Program-made: the position numbers and the translations under genes | Source of the DNA: Clostridiales bacterium | GTDB lineage: Bacteria; Bacillota; Clostridia; Oscillospirales; CAG-272 | Reading direction: 5' to 3' | Length of the DNA: 64,000 bases | NCBI GenBank assembly: GCA_022793655.1 | Contig: JAAWDG010000001.1 | Span: 59,252 to 123,251, forward strand | Notes under the pieces: generated by a model | Seen by the model: the letters and a program-made list of their open reading frames with translations, nothing else | Told to the model about the DNA's origin: nothing | The model's database searches: none | Part shown: positions 56,201 through 64,000 of the stretch, in pieces | How the letters are laid out: every line of letters starts with the position of its first letter | Numbering within the stretch: position 1 is the stretch's first letter

Positions 56201-58115
56201 AATTGGTTCAGGTTCGCTGTATGAAAAGGCCACGGGCCTTAGTGAATATACCATTGGCACCGATAATCAAGTTGGGTTTACCGTGGCGCTCAAATTTGAG
56301 GGCATAGAAACACCGATCACCATTAGCAACTGGAACGCTAACTGGAGAAATTATCAGGCGACGAACGCGGGCAACGGCGTTTCGAAGTTCAAGACAACCA
56401 TTGAAAAGGATGGTACCTACTTGCTTTTCTTCCCGATAAATACCATCACGTGGACAGGGTCGCTTGCTCCTTTTGCGGCGGGTGAAACGATTCGTTCGCT
56501 TACCATGTTTGATGCCGGCAATAAAGTAGCGGGCACCGAATCGGTCAATGAAAATGAGAACGCCGTGGTTTCACTGCTTGGCATTTATGATGGTTATATT
56601 CCCAGTGTGGGTGTGCGTTTTGAAGTTGACGACGGGGATATGACCGGACGTTATTACGCATATACGGCTACCGGCATTGACGGGCGGGACAGCACGTCGG
56701 ATACGGCGATTCAATGTGTGAGAATGGCTCCGCTTACTGAGCGCTTCCTTTCGGCTATGCCGGCAAGAGGGGAGCCACAAAAAGCGATTCAGGGTACAAA
56801 TGCCTATCTCTATAACGGTTGGAAAGACGCGAGTGGCCAGCTTATTGACGCGGCGTATCAGGACATGACAGTGTATGTGTCGTTTGCAGAAACCTGTGCG
56901 CATACTGCGCCGGTCGAGACCGAAACGCTTGAACCAACCTGCACCCGGGAGGGTCGGGTGATGACCACCTGTACTGCGTGCGGCCAGGTTATCGATACCC
57001 AGGTGATTCCCGCTTTGGGTCATAGCTATACAGAGAGGGTGATCAAAGCGCCTACTTATTTGAATGTGGGTGCCAAGCAGCTTGTCTGTTCAAGAGACGG
57101 TGTTTCCTATACAGAAGAAATGCCTGTGCTGATACCGGATGAAAACGCCCCGCTGTTGGCGTTTGGCGATAAAACGGCCTATGCAGAGGGGATATTCGAC
57201 ATACCGCTCACTTTAACAAACAATCCGGGTGTTGCCACCCTGTCGTTCTTTGTCGCGGCGGACAGTGCCAAGTTAAGCTTGTTAAGGGTAAAGAACGGAG
57301 AGCTGTTTGATACCATCGACGTGACGCCGGTTGAGGGGACGAATCTGACACAGATTACATTATCCAATATCCTGCCGGCGATGGTTACTGAGGATGGCAC
57401 AGCGGCGGTTTTGACTTATTCGGTTTCGCCATCAGCTGTGGCTGATGAAGTGTATACTATCAGCATCACCGCTGGGGCTTCGTATGAAAATGAATTGGCG
57501 AAAGACGATGCGGGTGCCTTAGTAGCGCTGGCGCCTAAGGCTGGTGAAATCACAATCGGCACGCACGAACATGAATCGATTGTTGTGGGCGCGCAGCCGC
57601 CTTCTTACTGGCATGCTTTTTATACCGGTGACACCGTTTGCCCGATTTGCGGCAAGATTTTTGAAACGGGCAAACGATGCGAAGCGTTAGCCGTTACCGA
57701 GGCATCGCCGCATATCAACGTGGATCTTACCTTAGAAGGCTCGGTGTGCACAGCCACCCTGTCCCTCAAAAACAATCCGGGACTTACCGGCCTTGCCTTT
57801 GATTTTATGTATGATGAGGCGGCGTTTGCGCTTACTTCTGTTTCCTTTGGCGGTTTGTTTGATAATGCGGGGTCCTCCTTTGCCGATCATGCCGACGGGC
57901 CTGTACGCCTTGTCTTTGATTCGGCCACGGCCGCCTCTTCGATAGAAGAAGATGGCGTGTTGGCCGTGCTGACCTTTGCTGTAAAAGAAGGCTATACGCC
58001 GGGGGACAAGTCCTTTGTCATATCTCTTTGTGACCAAATGTACGAGATGGGGTATGATTATGCGCTTCACGAAGTTTCGGTGGGCGCTCTTGGCGGTAAA
58101 ATTACCCTTTCGTAA
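53268..58115 (+). CDS. 1615-aa secreted multidomain surface protein (cohesin-like, discoidin/F5-8C-like, Listeria-Bacteroides-type repeats)
   Basis: GGAGG RBS precedes ATG 53268. Signal peptide MRFRKVLSAVLALVIVLSLCPASVYSQA. Four cohesin-like modules (...MTLSYDPSVVRYV..., ...FNLLYDPSVYTYRQV...). A discoidin-like module (AIDGDYDTAWRC). Repeats of the type Y.F.GW.d..G......t.VYa.Y. Cys-rich zinc-ribbon-like inserts. Confidence 0.75.
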   Translation: MRFRKVLSAVLALVIVLSLCPASVYSQAAQALTGPVPLGEPVRLVSADGNGAFMSALTFTPETETCFTMIFDIQGATESEPYTIGGVTGSLNGGINPNNSGNMPVGWTVSYTGNGAKYLSVGFYCWQWLDYSTFQVNSLSLSDPNGTRSGATDLGPNTGATFELLDIVMGGAGYDITFKSEDGSETYYHGTGTLSNPHQWAVANGDFPALEEVYAGAPTKPSQGNISYEFAGWVDENGKPVLYAAGTKTVYASYKAVETRTLHTVTLVSPSSAGPDGLADVTVTPDLQGDKLKDGIMTLSYDPSVVRYVSAQVGPEFSGLQASFSDDKAGSVTIRYSSEEEIAGTTGPLFSFAFQTKSLAAAGQRAVFALSASPGSVSDAASFYDVVDNHANGVLTIASVDRFSVYEQGIRQEAIAFTEEKITLIGEEGLYNGSYQTHSDGTRAIGFVFDVTGVTSPITIGDVFGTFMTNGSDTLQSTNDSSAYITENSTFTGGQPISQDGRYIAWLGHSFLSDSGAYLALITQFNISDATGAEKFADTVNRNTGASFRLVGIAEAHTDALPSAEIVFKDEQDSLLQTATVDFSGGFTDYSANACGKAPLLATLFTGTLPDKIENGVRYRLAGWQTKDGQSVRYADRSMTVYPIYEEVPTMALTVQADPAERDDRAVVHVGCQDNTDKAGVIAFNLLYDPSVYTYRQVTTGIEGASVTAAVQQEGILAVQITSEVGISAPNTALADIVFAVSAEAETGAYPFTVQAGSDPSLSTTGKEYWLEGSSAQGSVTDLMTYYDYKNKTPDGRLVGTVMTPPEKWSGNANKDVSLAIDGDYDTAWRCSGQNYYTAKLQYYGFDFGGETRLSSITFKAAHYSSAYGGLRLEVSNDNLNWQTIWTDATEGYAGRIVTVDASNWDASVMTEGSLWRYIRLAYGNEQEYAGWTMLSVYELEASGQVVIPKAEKANGFTNPNPAAQSLPAAAMAGGVRLIGSGSLYEKATGLSEYTIGTDNQVGFTVALKFEGIETPITISNWNANWRNYQATNAGNGVSKFKTTIEKDGTYLLFFPINTITWTGSLAPFAAGETIRSLTMFDAGNKVAGTESVNENENAVVSLLGIYDGYIPSVGVRFEVDDGDMTGRYYAYTATGIDGRDSTSDTAIQCVRMAPLTERFLSAMPARGEPQKAIQGTNAYLYNGWKDASGQLIDAAYQDMTVYVSFAETCAHTAPVETETLEPTCTREGRVMTTCTACGQVIDTQVIPALGHSYTERVIKAPTYLNVGAKQLVCSRDGVSYTEEMPVLIPDENAPLLAFGDKTAYAEGIFDIPLTLTNNPGVATLSFFVAADSAKLSLLRVKNGELFDTIDVTPVEGTNLTQITLSNILPAMVTEDGTAAVLTYSVSPSAVADEVYTISITAGASYENELAKDDAGALVALAPKAGEITIGTHEHESIVVGAQPPSYWHAFYTGDTVCPICGKIFETGKRCEALAVTEASPHINVDLTLEGSVCTATLSLKNNPGLTGLAFDFMYDEAAFALTSVSFGGLFDNAGSSFADHADGPVRLVFDSATAASSIEEDGVLAVLTFAVKEGYTPGDKSFVISLCDQMYEMGYDYALHEVSVGALGGKITLS

Positions 58116-58164
58116 AACTTTGACAATGTTAGACAAGCACTTTTGACGCAATGTACAGAAAAAA

Positions 58165-58203
58165 GGGGGGCACGGCCGGTCTTTTAGACCGCCGTGCCCC
58201 TTC
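58165..58203. terminator. bidirectional terminator between convergent genes
   Basis: ggggcacggccggtc / gaccgccgtgcccc stem with A-rich 5' and T-rich 3' flanks. Confidence 0.7.
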
Positions 58204-58218
58204 ATTTGTAAAGAATCG

Positions 58219-58812
58219 TTACTTCTTAAATGAGTCGAAGATTTCTAAAAATTTAAACTTGATTTTATAACGGGTTGAGTCTGAGTCGGTAATCAGACGA
58301 ATTTGATTGACGGTGAAGCCCGCTTGGGTCAGTTCCTCTTCTGGCTTGGCCGAAGTTGTGCACAACATGGGAAACAGCACGCACCACCAGTTTTGTCCCT
58401 TGTTTTCACCGATTTTCACCTGCATGGAAAGATAGTGTCCGGCCGGCAGGGTGACGGCCTCGTATTCACGGCGGGGATAATATTCCCGGTCGAAATCAAT
58501 GTGAATTTCATTGTCGAAGCCTTCTTCATAAACCGTTTGCTGGGCCGTTTGACTGATCAAATCAATGTTTTCCCTTAAGATGTTTTCTGCATCTTCTTTA
58601 TTCTCGGTGCCCTCTAACAGGGGGGCGATTTTTGTGAGAATCGCATCGCGCACCTTTAATTTCAGTGCTTGGTCCTCTTGGCTGTCTGAATTGGCAATGA
58701 CGTGCAGCCGCACGGTTTTGTTGTATATGTCCGCGTCTTCTGCGGTGGGGAGCATGGGCACAAGTGCTGCGATGATAAGTATGGCCGCGAGGCCGGCAAT
58801 TATTTTTTTCAT
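58219..58812 (-). CDS. spoIIR: stage II sporulation protein R
   Basis: VRLHVIANSDSQEDQALKLKVRDAIL is the SpoIIR signature. Start set at MKKIIAGLAA (signal peptide), with a GAGAGGAA RBS. Confidence 0.88.
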   Translation of the reverse strand: MKKIIAGLAAILIIAALVPMLPTAEDADIYNKTVRLHVIANSDSQEDQALKLKVRDAILTKIAPLLEGTENKEDAENILRENIDLISQTAQQTVYEEGFDNEIHIDFDREYYPRREYEAVTLPAGHYLSMQVKIGENKGQNWWCVLFPMLCTTSAKPEEELTQAGFTVNQIRLITDSDSTRYKIKFKFLEIFDSFKK

Positions 58813-59008
58813 GATAATATGATTCCTCTCTTGATGGATAAGAAGCGGATCATAGATTCCAGAAAAATGGTTCGAACCGTTGACGGGCAATCAGCTTCAT
58901 TGCCCCAAACCGGAATGTTCCTGCTTGATTTGATTGTGCACTGTTTTGCTGCGTTTTATACAGTGAAAATTTTTTGCATTGTAAAATTTTTTATAAAGTA
59001 AAACCTTT

Positions 59009-59710
59009 TTACAGAGTAAAAAAGGAATTTGTTTTTTCGTCTTTAGAGGGAAACACGCGAAGATTGTTGCAGCTGTCGCAGGTGGCCAAAAAAACGTCTT
59101 TGATTTTATAGCCCTGTTTTTGCACCTGCCGTTCTAACCAAGAGGTCTCATGACCGGTGGCTTTTAGGTTTTTGTGTATGATCTTACCATCGTAAATCAC
59201 GCCGATGGAGGCCGAGGCGACTGTCTCTGGCTCTTTGAGATCGGAAAGCACGGCGGGTCTTGCGGATTCTTTGGGCAGAATGGAGAGCTGGCCCGAGGTT
59301 TCTAAGACGGCCAGTTCGATGTCGGTTAAATCAAAGTATCCCATCACCCGGCAGCGCTCCATAAAATCGTTTAAATCAATTTTCGCTCGTTTAAAGTTCG
59401 CTTTAATGAGTTTGCCGCTTTGCAAAAGCACAGTAGGGTCGCCGTCAATCAGCCGGCGAAAGGAAAGGCTTTTTAGGACAGCAAAGGAGATAATCAGCGA
59501 AACAACGAGATACACGACCAACGCGATGAGCGGGTATAAGGGCGTTTCCAGTTCAGTGGCCAGCTCAGCGGCGATTGAACCAATGGTGATGCCGTTTACA
59601 TAATCAAACATTTTGAGTTGTGAAAGCTGTTTGTTGCCTAATAATTTTGTAATGATAAAAATAACAACGATGGAAAACAGTGCGCTCAGCGCGATTTTTA
59701 CGAAGTCCAT
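59009..59710 (-). CDS. DUF421 (YetF-like) membrane protein
   Basis: Three N-terminal TM helices plus the FDYVNGITIGSIAAELA motif and a C-terminal soluble domain typical of the YetF/YdfS family. Confidence 0.75.
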   Translation of the reverse strand: MDFVKIALSALFSIVVIFIITKLLGNKQLSQLKMFDYVNGITIGSIAAELATELETPLYPLIALVVYLVVSLIISFAVLKSLSFRRLIDGDPTVLLQSGKLIKANFKRAKIDLNDFMERCRVMGYFDLTDIELAVLETSGQLSILPKESARPAVLSDLKEPETVASASIGVIYDGKIIHKNLKATGHETSWLERQVQKQGYKIKDVFLATCDSCNNLRVFPSKDEKTNSFFTL

Positions 59711-59959
59711 ATCCTATTATGCCTTTCTTTGTTTTGGTTGTTGAGAATAGCATTGCCAGCCCATGAAAAATTATGCGAAATAAAGCGAAATTCTTGAAAT
59801 TTTCATATTTATAGTGTATCCTAATAGCAACAAGATAATCGCCTTAATAGGCGGTAAGACTTATTTTGAAAAGACGGTCATTTTTTTCTGGATGACTGCG
59901 TAAGATGATAAAAAAAGCAAGTGGTAAACGGTGTAACAAATCAGAAAGGCATGGTTAAA

Positions 59960-60214
59960 ATGGCAGAACAAAAACAGCAGACGCTCACTTTTTCTCTACA
60001 GGAGACCAAGGAATTAGAGATGAAGCAAGCTTTGCAGGAAGTATATGCGGCGCTGACAGAAAAGGGCTACAATCCGATTAATCAAATTGTGGGCTATATT
60101 TTGTCGAGCGATCCTACCTATATTACGAATTATAAGAACGCAAGAGGCATCATTCGGCGCATTGACATTGATGATTTGCTGAATGCATTGGTTCGCAATT
60201 ATCTTGGCATCTAA
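59960..60214 (+). CDS. ireB: IreB-family regulatory phosphoprotein (UPF0297)
   Basis: ALTEKGYNPINQIVGYILSSDPTYITNYKNARGIIRRIDIDDLL matches the UPF0297 core. AGAAAGG RBS favours the MAEQ start. Confidence 0.8.
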   Translation: MAEQKQQTLTFSLQETKELEMKQALQEVYAALTEKGYNPINQIVGYILSSDPTYITNYKNARGIIRRIDIDDLLNALVRNYLGI

Positions 60215-61074
60215 TGGAGTTTTATGATTTTACCGGCGCAGGGCAGCGGCCCTGCCGGGCGGTGCTTGGTACCTTTGATGGCATGCACCAGGGGCATTTG
60301 TCCCTTTTCTCTGCGGCGGCAGCTTGCAGCGAGAGGGACGGCTTGGCCCTTTGCGCGGTTGTGATTGAGAGGGAAAAGGGCGAGCGGCTCACGACGATTG
60401 AGAGGCGTATGGATCTCATTCGACAGGCGGGCGCCGATTTTGCTTATTTGTTTATGTTGGGTGAAATTAAAGACCTGTCTTGTGAAGCGTTTGCGGACAA
60501 GCTGCAAAGGGAACTATCGGTGCGTGCTTGTGTATGCGGCTATAATTTTCGTTTTGGCAAAGATCGTGCCGGCAGCGGCGATTTGTTGAATGATTGGCTG
60601 CCGACGGTGATTGTACCGGCGGTGTGTATGGATGGCGCGGCCATTAGTTCGACCAAGATAAAAGGACTGCTGAAGCAAGGCAGCCCCGAACAAGCGGCGA
60701 AATTATTGGGCAGGGGCTATTCCGTTCGCGGCGTGGTGAAGCATGGCCGCGGCTTGGGGGCTGATTTTGGCTTTCCCACCGCAAACTTGACTTTTCCGCC
60801 CCGTGCGGTTTTGCCGGCGAAAGGGGTGTACGTGACCGATGTCTTAGCAGACGGCTGCCGCATGCGTGCGGTGACCAATGTGGGGACAAGACCTACCGTA
60901 GGCGGAACCCAGTTTCGCGCCGAGAGTTTTCTTCTTGATTTTACCGGTGATTTATATGAAAAGGAAATCCAAGTGATTTTTTTGACTCATCTGCGAGATG
61001 AGATGAAATTTGATTCGACCGAGGCGCTGTGCGCGCAAATTCGGCAGGATGTGGAAAAAGCGAGAGCGTATTAA
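60214..61074 (+). CDS. ribF: bifunctional riboflavin kinase / FAD synthetase
   Basis: N-terminal GTFDGMHQGH nucleotidyltransferase motif. C-terminal riboflavin kinase motif GRGLGADFGFPTANL. Start overlaps the ireB stop (TAATG). Confidence 0.88.
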   Translation: MEFYDFTGAGQRPCRAVLGTFDGMHQGHLSLFSAAAACSERDGLALCAVVIEREKGERLTTIERRMDLIRQAGADFAYLFMLGEIKDLSCEAFADKLQRELSVRACVCGYNFRFGKDRAGSGDLLNDWLPTVIVPAVCMDGAAISSTKIKGLLKQGSPEQAAKLLGRGYSVRGVVKHGRGLGADFGFPTANLTFPPRAVLPAKGVYVTDVLADGCRMRAVTNVGTRPTVGGTQFRAESFLLDFTGDLYEKEIQVIFLTHLRDEMKFDSTEALCAQIRQDVEKARAY

Positions 61075-61083
61075 AGGAGCAGC

Positions 61084-62367
61084 ATGAAACGAAAAATCGG
61101 ATGTTTGGTGATCTTGGCGCTTTTCGTTGGCGTCATGCCCTATATGGTTCATGCCGGCGAAGCGCCGAAACTGAAAGAGGCACGCTTTGTTTGCGCATAT
61201 AATACCGATTATGATACGATGTTGTATGCAGAAAATGAAGATAAAGTGGTGTATCCAGCCTCTACAGTCAAAATCATGACGGCTATCCTATCCTTAGAGT
61301 ATTATCAGGGGAAAATGGACAGCAACATTACGATTTCGCAAGAAGTATTGGATTTAGCCGGCGGGACGCTGATTGGCTTTAAGCTTGACGAAGTGCTCAC
61401 CGCTGAGGAGCTTTTATATGGGCTGATTGTTGGCAACGGCAATGACGCGGCTTATGCGCTGACCCTTTCCATTGCGCCAAGCGTTGATGAATTTGTGTCT
61501 TTGATGAATCAAAAGGCCGAGGCGCTCGGCGCCAAGAACACGCATTATACCAATCCAACCGGTGTGGATGATAACGGCGCTTATACCACAGTGGCTGATG
61601 TCGCGCGCATTGCGGCTTATGCGGCTAAAATGAAGTCATATACGACGATTAGCTCGTGTGAGAAATACACCATGGGCGCAACCAACATGAGCGTAGAACG
61701 AACCATCGCCAATAAAAATTACATTGTGTCCAATTCGTATGTTTCTACTTATTATCTTTCTTATGCGACGGGTTTAAATACAGGCATGACGGTGAAGGGG
61801 GGCAACTGCTGTGTGGTTTCGGCCCTGAAAGACGGTATTACCAATGTAGCGGTGGTTATGAATGTGGGGCGGACAGAAGCATTAAAAACCACGGCGTTTG
61901 CCGATGCTAAAGCCTTGATCGAGTGGACTTATCAACAATATCGCTATGAAAAAGTGTTGACAACAGCCGATATTGTGTGCGAAATCCCCGTTACGTTATC
62001 AAGTTCAACCGATCATGTGGCGCTGCTGCCCGGCGAAGATGTGTATGTGTATTTGCCGAACGATGCCGATGTGGAAAATGATATTGTTCGTACCTATGAA
62101 TTGACCGAGAAATCTTTGCGCGCACCTGTCGAGGCGGGCGTCGAGGCAGGGGAAATGGTTCTCTATTATCGTGACGCAGAAGTGGGCCGGGTCAGCTTGG
62201 TAACGAAAAATGAGGTAGAGGGTTCGATCGGGCTGAAAATGGGCGCGTGGTTTCGTGCGTTTTTCAGCAATCTGTGGACGCTTATTTTCATTGCGCTCGG
62301 TGTTCTCATTGTGATTACGTGGATTTTGCTGACTGCCTACCAACGGGGCAGCCGAAAAAAACGTTGA
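61084..62367 (+). CDS. D-alanyl-D-alanine carboxypeptidase (PBP5-like serine peptidase)
   Basis: Signal peptide. SxxK motif PASTVKIMTA. GNGNDAA (SxN-like). C-terminal TM anchor. Confidence 0.85.
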   Translation: MKRKIGCLVILALFVGVMPYMVHAGEAPKLKEARFVCAYNTDYDTMLYAENEDKVVYPASTVKIMTAILSLEYYQGKMDSNITISQEVLDLAGGTLIGFKLDEVLTAEELLYGLIVGNGNDAAYALTLSIAPSVDEFVSLMNQKAEALGAKNTHYTNPTGVDDNGAYTTVADVARIAAYAAKMKSYTTISSCEKYTMGATNMSVERTIANKNYIVSNSYVSTYYLSYATGLNTGMTVKGGNCCVVSALKDGITNVAVVMNVGRTEALKTTAFADAKALIEWTYQQYRYEKVLTTADIVCEIPVTLSSSTDHVALLPGEDVYVYLPNDADVENDIVRTYELTEKSLRAPVEAGVEAGEMVLYYRDAEVGRVSLVTKNEVEGSIGLKMGAWFRAFFSNLWTLIFIALGVLIVITWILLTAYQRGSRKKR

Positions 62368-62622
62368 TTTTAGAGGACTCAAGCGTTTCTTGATTTGTAT
62401 AAAATGTATAAATTTAAGCGGAATAAATTGTCAACGCTTACATTTAAAGACCTCTTGCACGAATGGTTTTGATATGATAAAATAAAGATGGGCAAAACGC
62501 TTTTTATGGGGATTTTTGTCGCATGCTTTGGCCGCAAGCGGGCGGGCAAGGCACTCTGATAGGAGTTTTCGTGATGGAAGCGGTTTGATTCTATAAGAAT
62601 ACTTAGAAACTTGAAGGAGAAC

Positions 62623-64000
62623 ATGATGAAGAAAATACTTTCAACCATCCTTGTGCTGGTCATGGTTGTTTGCGCGCTGCCGTTTCCCGCGGTAGTTGCC
62701 GCAGATGACGATTTGCAGCTTCAGGACATTGACTATAACGAGCTGGTTGGTCGGTTGAACCAGGCTGATGCTGGTTTTACCCGTTCCAGCCGAACGATTA
62801 TGTCGAATCGTTTGGATGAGTCAAGTTCGCTGCCGGCCGACAACTATGGATATCAATTTTATTATATTGATTTAAGACGGTGGAGCTCGAATAACGGTGG
62901 GCAAGACGGCGATATTGACCAGTGGTTCTTAGATTATCTCGACCGTACACTTGCTGATTTACGGAACAACGGCGGCGGATGCATCATTCGCGGCACTTAT
63001 GCTTCCGGTGGTGAAAAGAATGCCGAGCCGTCTACCTTTATGCAGCTGCAGAGACATCAAAAGCAGTTAAGTAAGGTATTCAGTAAGTATGCAGATATTA
63101 TTGTTGCGATTGAGTGTGGCATGGCCGGTGCTTACGGCGAAATGCACAGTGGTCTTTACTCGGCTGAGGATTACAAAGGTCAGATTCTGGATACATGGCT
63201 GACCAACCTGCCTGATCAGATTACGGTCAACGTAAGAACATCAGACGAGTATCGTTATTATATTAATAATTCCGACGTATACTTCAATAAATACAGAGGT
63301 AAAACGATCAACGGGATTAAATACCCCAATATGCTTGCTGAATTTAATTATGATAAGTTCCCGTTCCCAGAGGGTGAGATTTTTAATCGTATCGGTCTTT
63401 ATAATGACGCTATGATTCAAGACGGTAACGATGGCGGTACCTTTAGCGGTGGGCGCGATCATTATGTTGCTTGGATGAATGGCCGTTCCTCTCTAATCTC
63501 TTATGGCGGCGAATTTTCAGGTGATAAACAGTATCGGTATCTATCCAATATATGGCTGCCGTTAAGGGCTATTCCGGAATTTTATCAGACTCACTTAAGT
63601 TATTATCACGGCGGCAACAACGCATATGCAGTAACAGGCCAGTTTAAGTATGAATTTACACAAACAGCAAATTATGATGACGAAGCAGCCGCAGCCGCAG
63701 CCGCCAAAACGGTAAAAGGCTGGTATGACACATTTGGCAGCGGTATGACCTACAAGATTGAGCAAAATGGCAATACGGTTGATTACACAACTGGTGGTTG
63801 GTCAAATGCCATTGTAAATGATGATTTGATTGCGGCCATTGGTAAAGCAACTGATTTAACGGCTGATATTACGGCCTATAAAGACCGCACGGTGGCTGAG
63901 TATTTTGAAGACCATGTTGGTTACCGCATTGTGCTGAAGTCTTCTTATCTTTCTAAAAATGTAGATAAGGGCGGCGTGCTGACTGTTAAGGGCAGCGTTG
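62623..64000 (+). CDS. secreted protein, 5' part only (runs off the window end). Possibly DUF4874/DUF4832-like
   Basis: Not in the ORF track because no stop falls within the window. GAAGGAGA RBS, ATGATG start and signal peptide MMKKILSTILVLVMVVCALPFPAVVAADD. The frame stays open to position 64000. The family guess is weak. Confidence 0.6.
   Translation, partial: MMKKILSTILVLVMVVCALPFPAVVAADDDLQLQDIDYNELVGRLNQADAGFTRSSRTIMSNRLDESSSLPADNYGYQFYYIDLRRWSSNNGGQDGDIDQWFLDYLDRTLADLRNNGGGCIIRGTYASGGEKNAEPSTFMQLQRHQKQLSKVFSKYADIIVAIECGMAGAYGEMHSGLYSAEDYKGQILDTWLTNLPDQITVNVRTSDEYRYYINNSDVYFNKYRGKTINGIKYPNMLAEFNYDKFPFPEGEIFNRIGLYNDAMIQDGNDGGTFSGGRDHYVAWMNGRSSLISYGGEFSGDKQYRYLSNIWLPLRAIPEFYQTHLSYYHGGNNAYAVTGQFKYEFTQTANYDDEAAAAAAAKTVKGWYDTFGSGMTYKIEQNGNTVDYTTGGWSNAIVNDDLIAAIGKATDLTADITAYKDRTVAEYFEDHVGYRIVLKSSYLSKNVDKGGVLTVKGSV

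Overview
This 64-kb window looks like a chromosomal segment from a spore-forming Firmicute of the class Clostridia. The evidence is spoVT, spoIIR, an SLH-domain wall protein, GGAGG-type ribosome-binding sites and flanks that look above 50% G+C by eye. Most of it is housekeeping: proB'-proA-proC, lrgAB, metA-metY, RNase J, putP, an aconitase-family hydratase, thyX, ireB-ribF and a D-Ala-D-Ala carboxypeptidase. Three things stand out.

(1) A roughly 9.5-kb AT-rich island sits in tRNA-Trp, bounded by a 45-nt direct repeat of the tRNA 3' half. It has no integrase. It carries a compact RiPP-type peptide maturation cluster:
- a radical SAM/SPASM enzyme
- an acyl-carrier-like protein
- a 47-aa precursor with a Cys-rich C-terminus
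- two ABC exporter subunits
- an S8 protease fused to an unknown domain
- a 342-aa unknown protein

(2) The intergenic DNA is built from recurring modules: MITE-like elements of about 435-475 bp with GC-rich terminal inverted repeats, shorter hairpin units, and a triplicated 'gene 3' end + terminator + consensus promoter' cassette. One stem of a three-way-junction motif keeps pairing although its sequence differs between copies. One set of repeats brackets the rnj-putP segment in inverted orientation.

(3) A 12-kb carbohydrate-uptake locus has a 1046-aa binding protein, four permeases, an NHL/Yip1 membrane protein and a 993-aa secreted protein, but no ATPase. A 1615-aa surface protein follows it.

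All family assignments come from motifs read by eye. No searches or computations were run.
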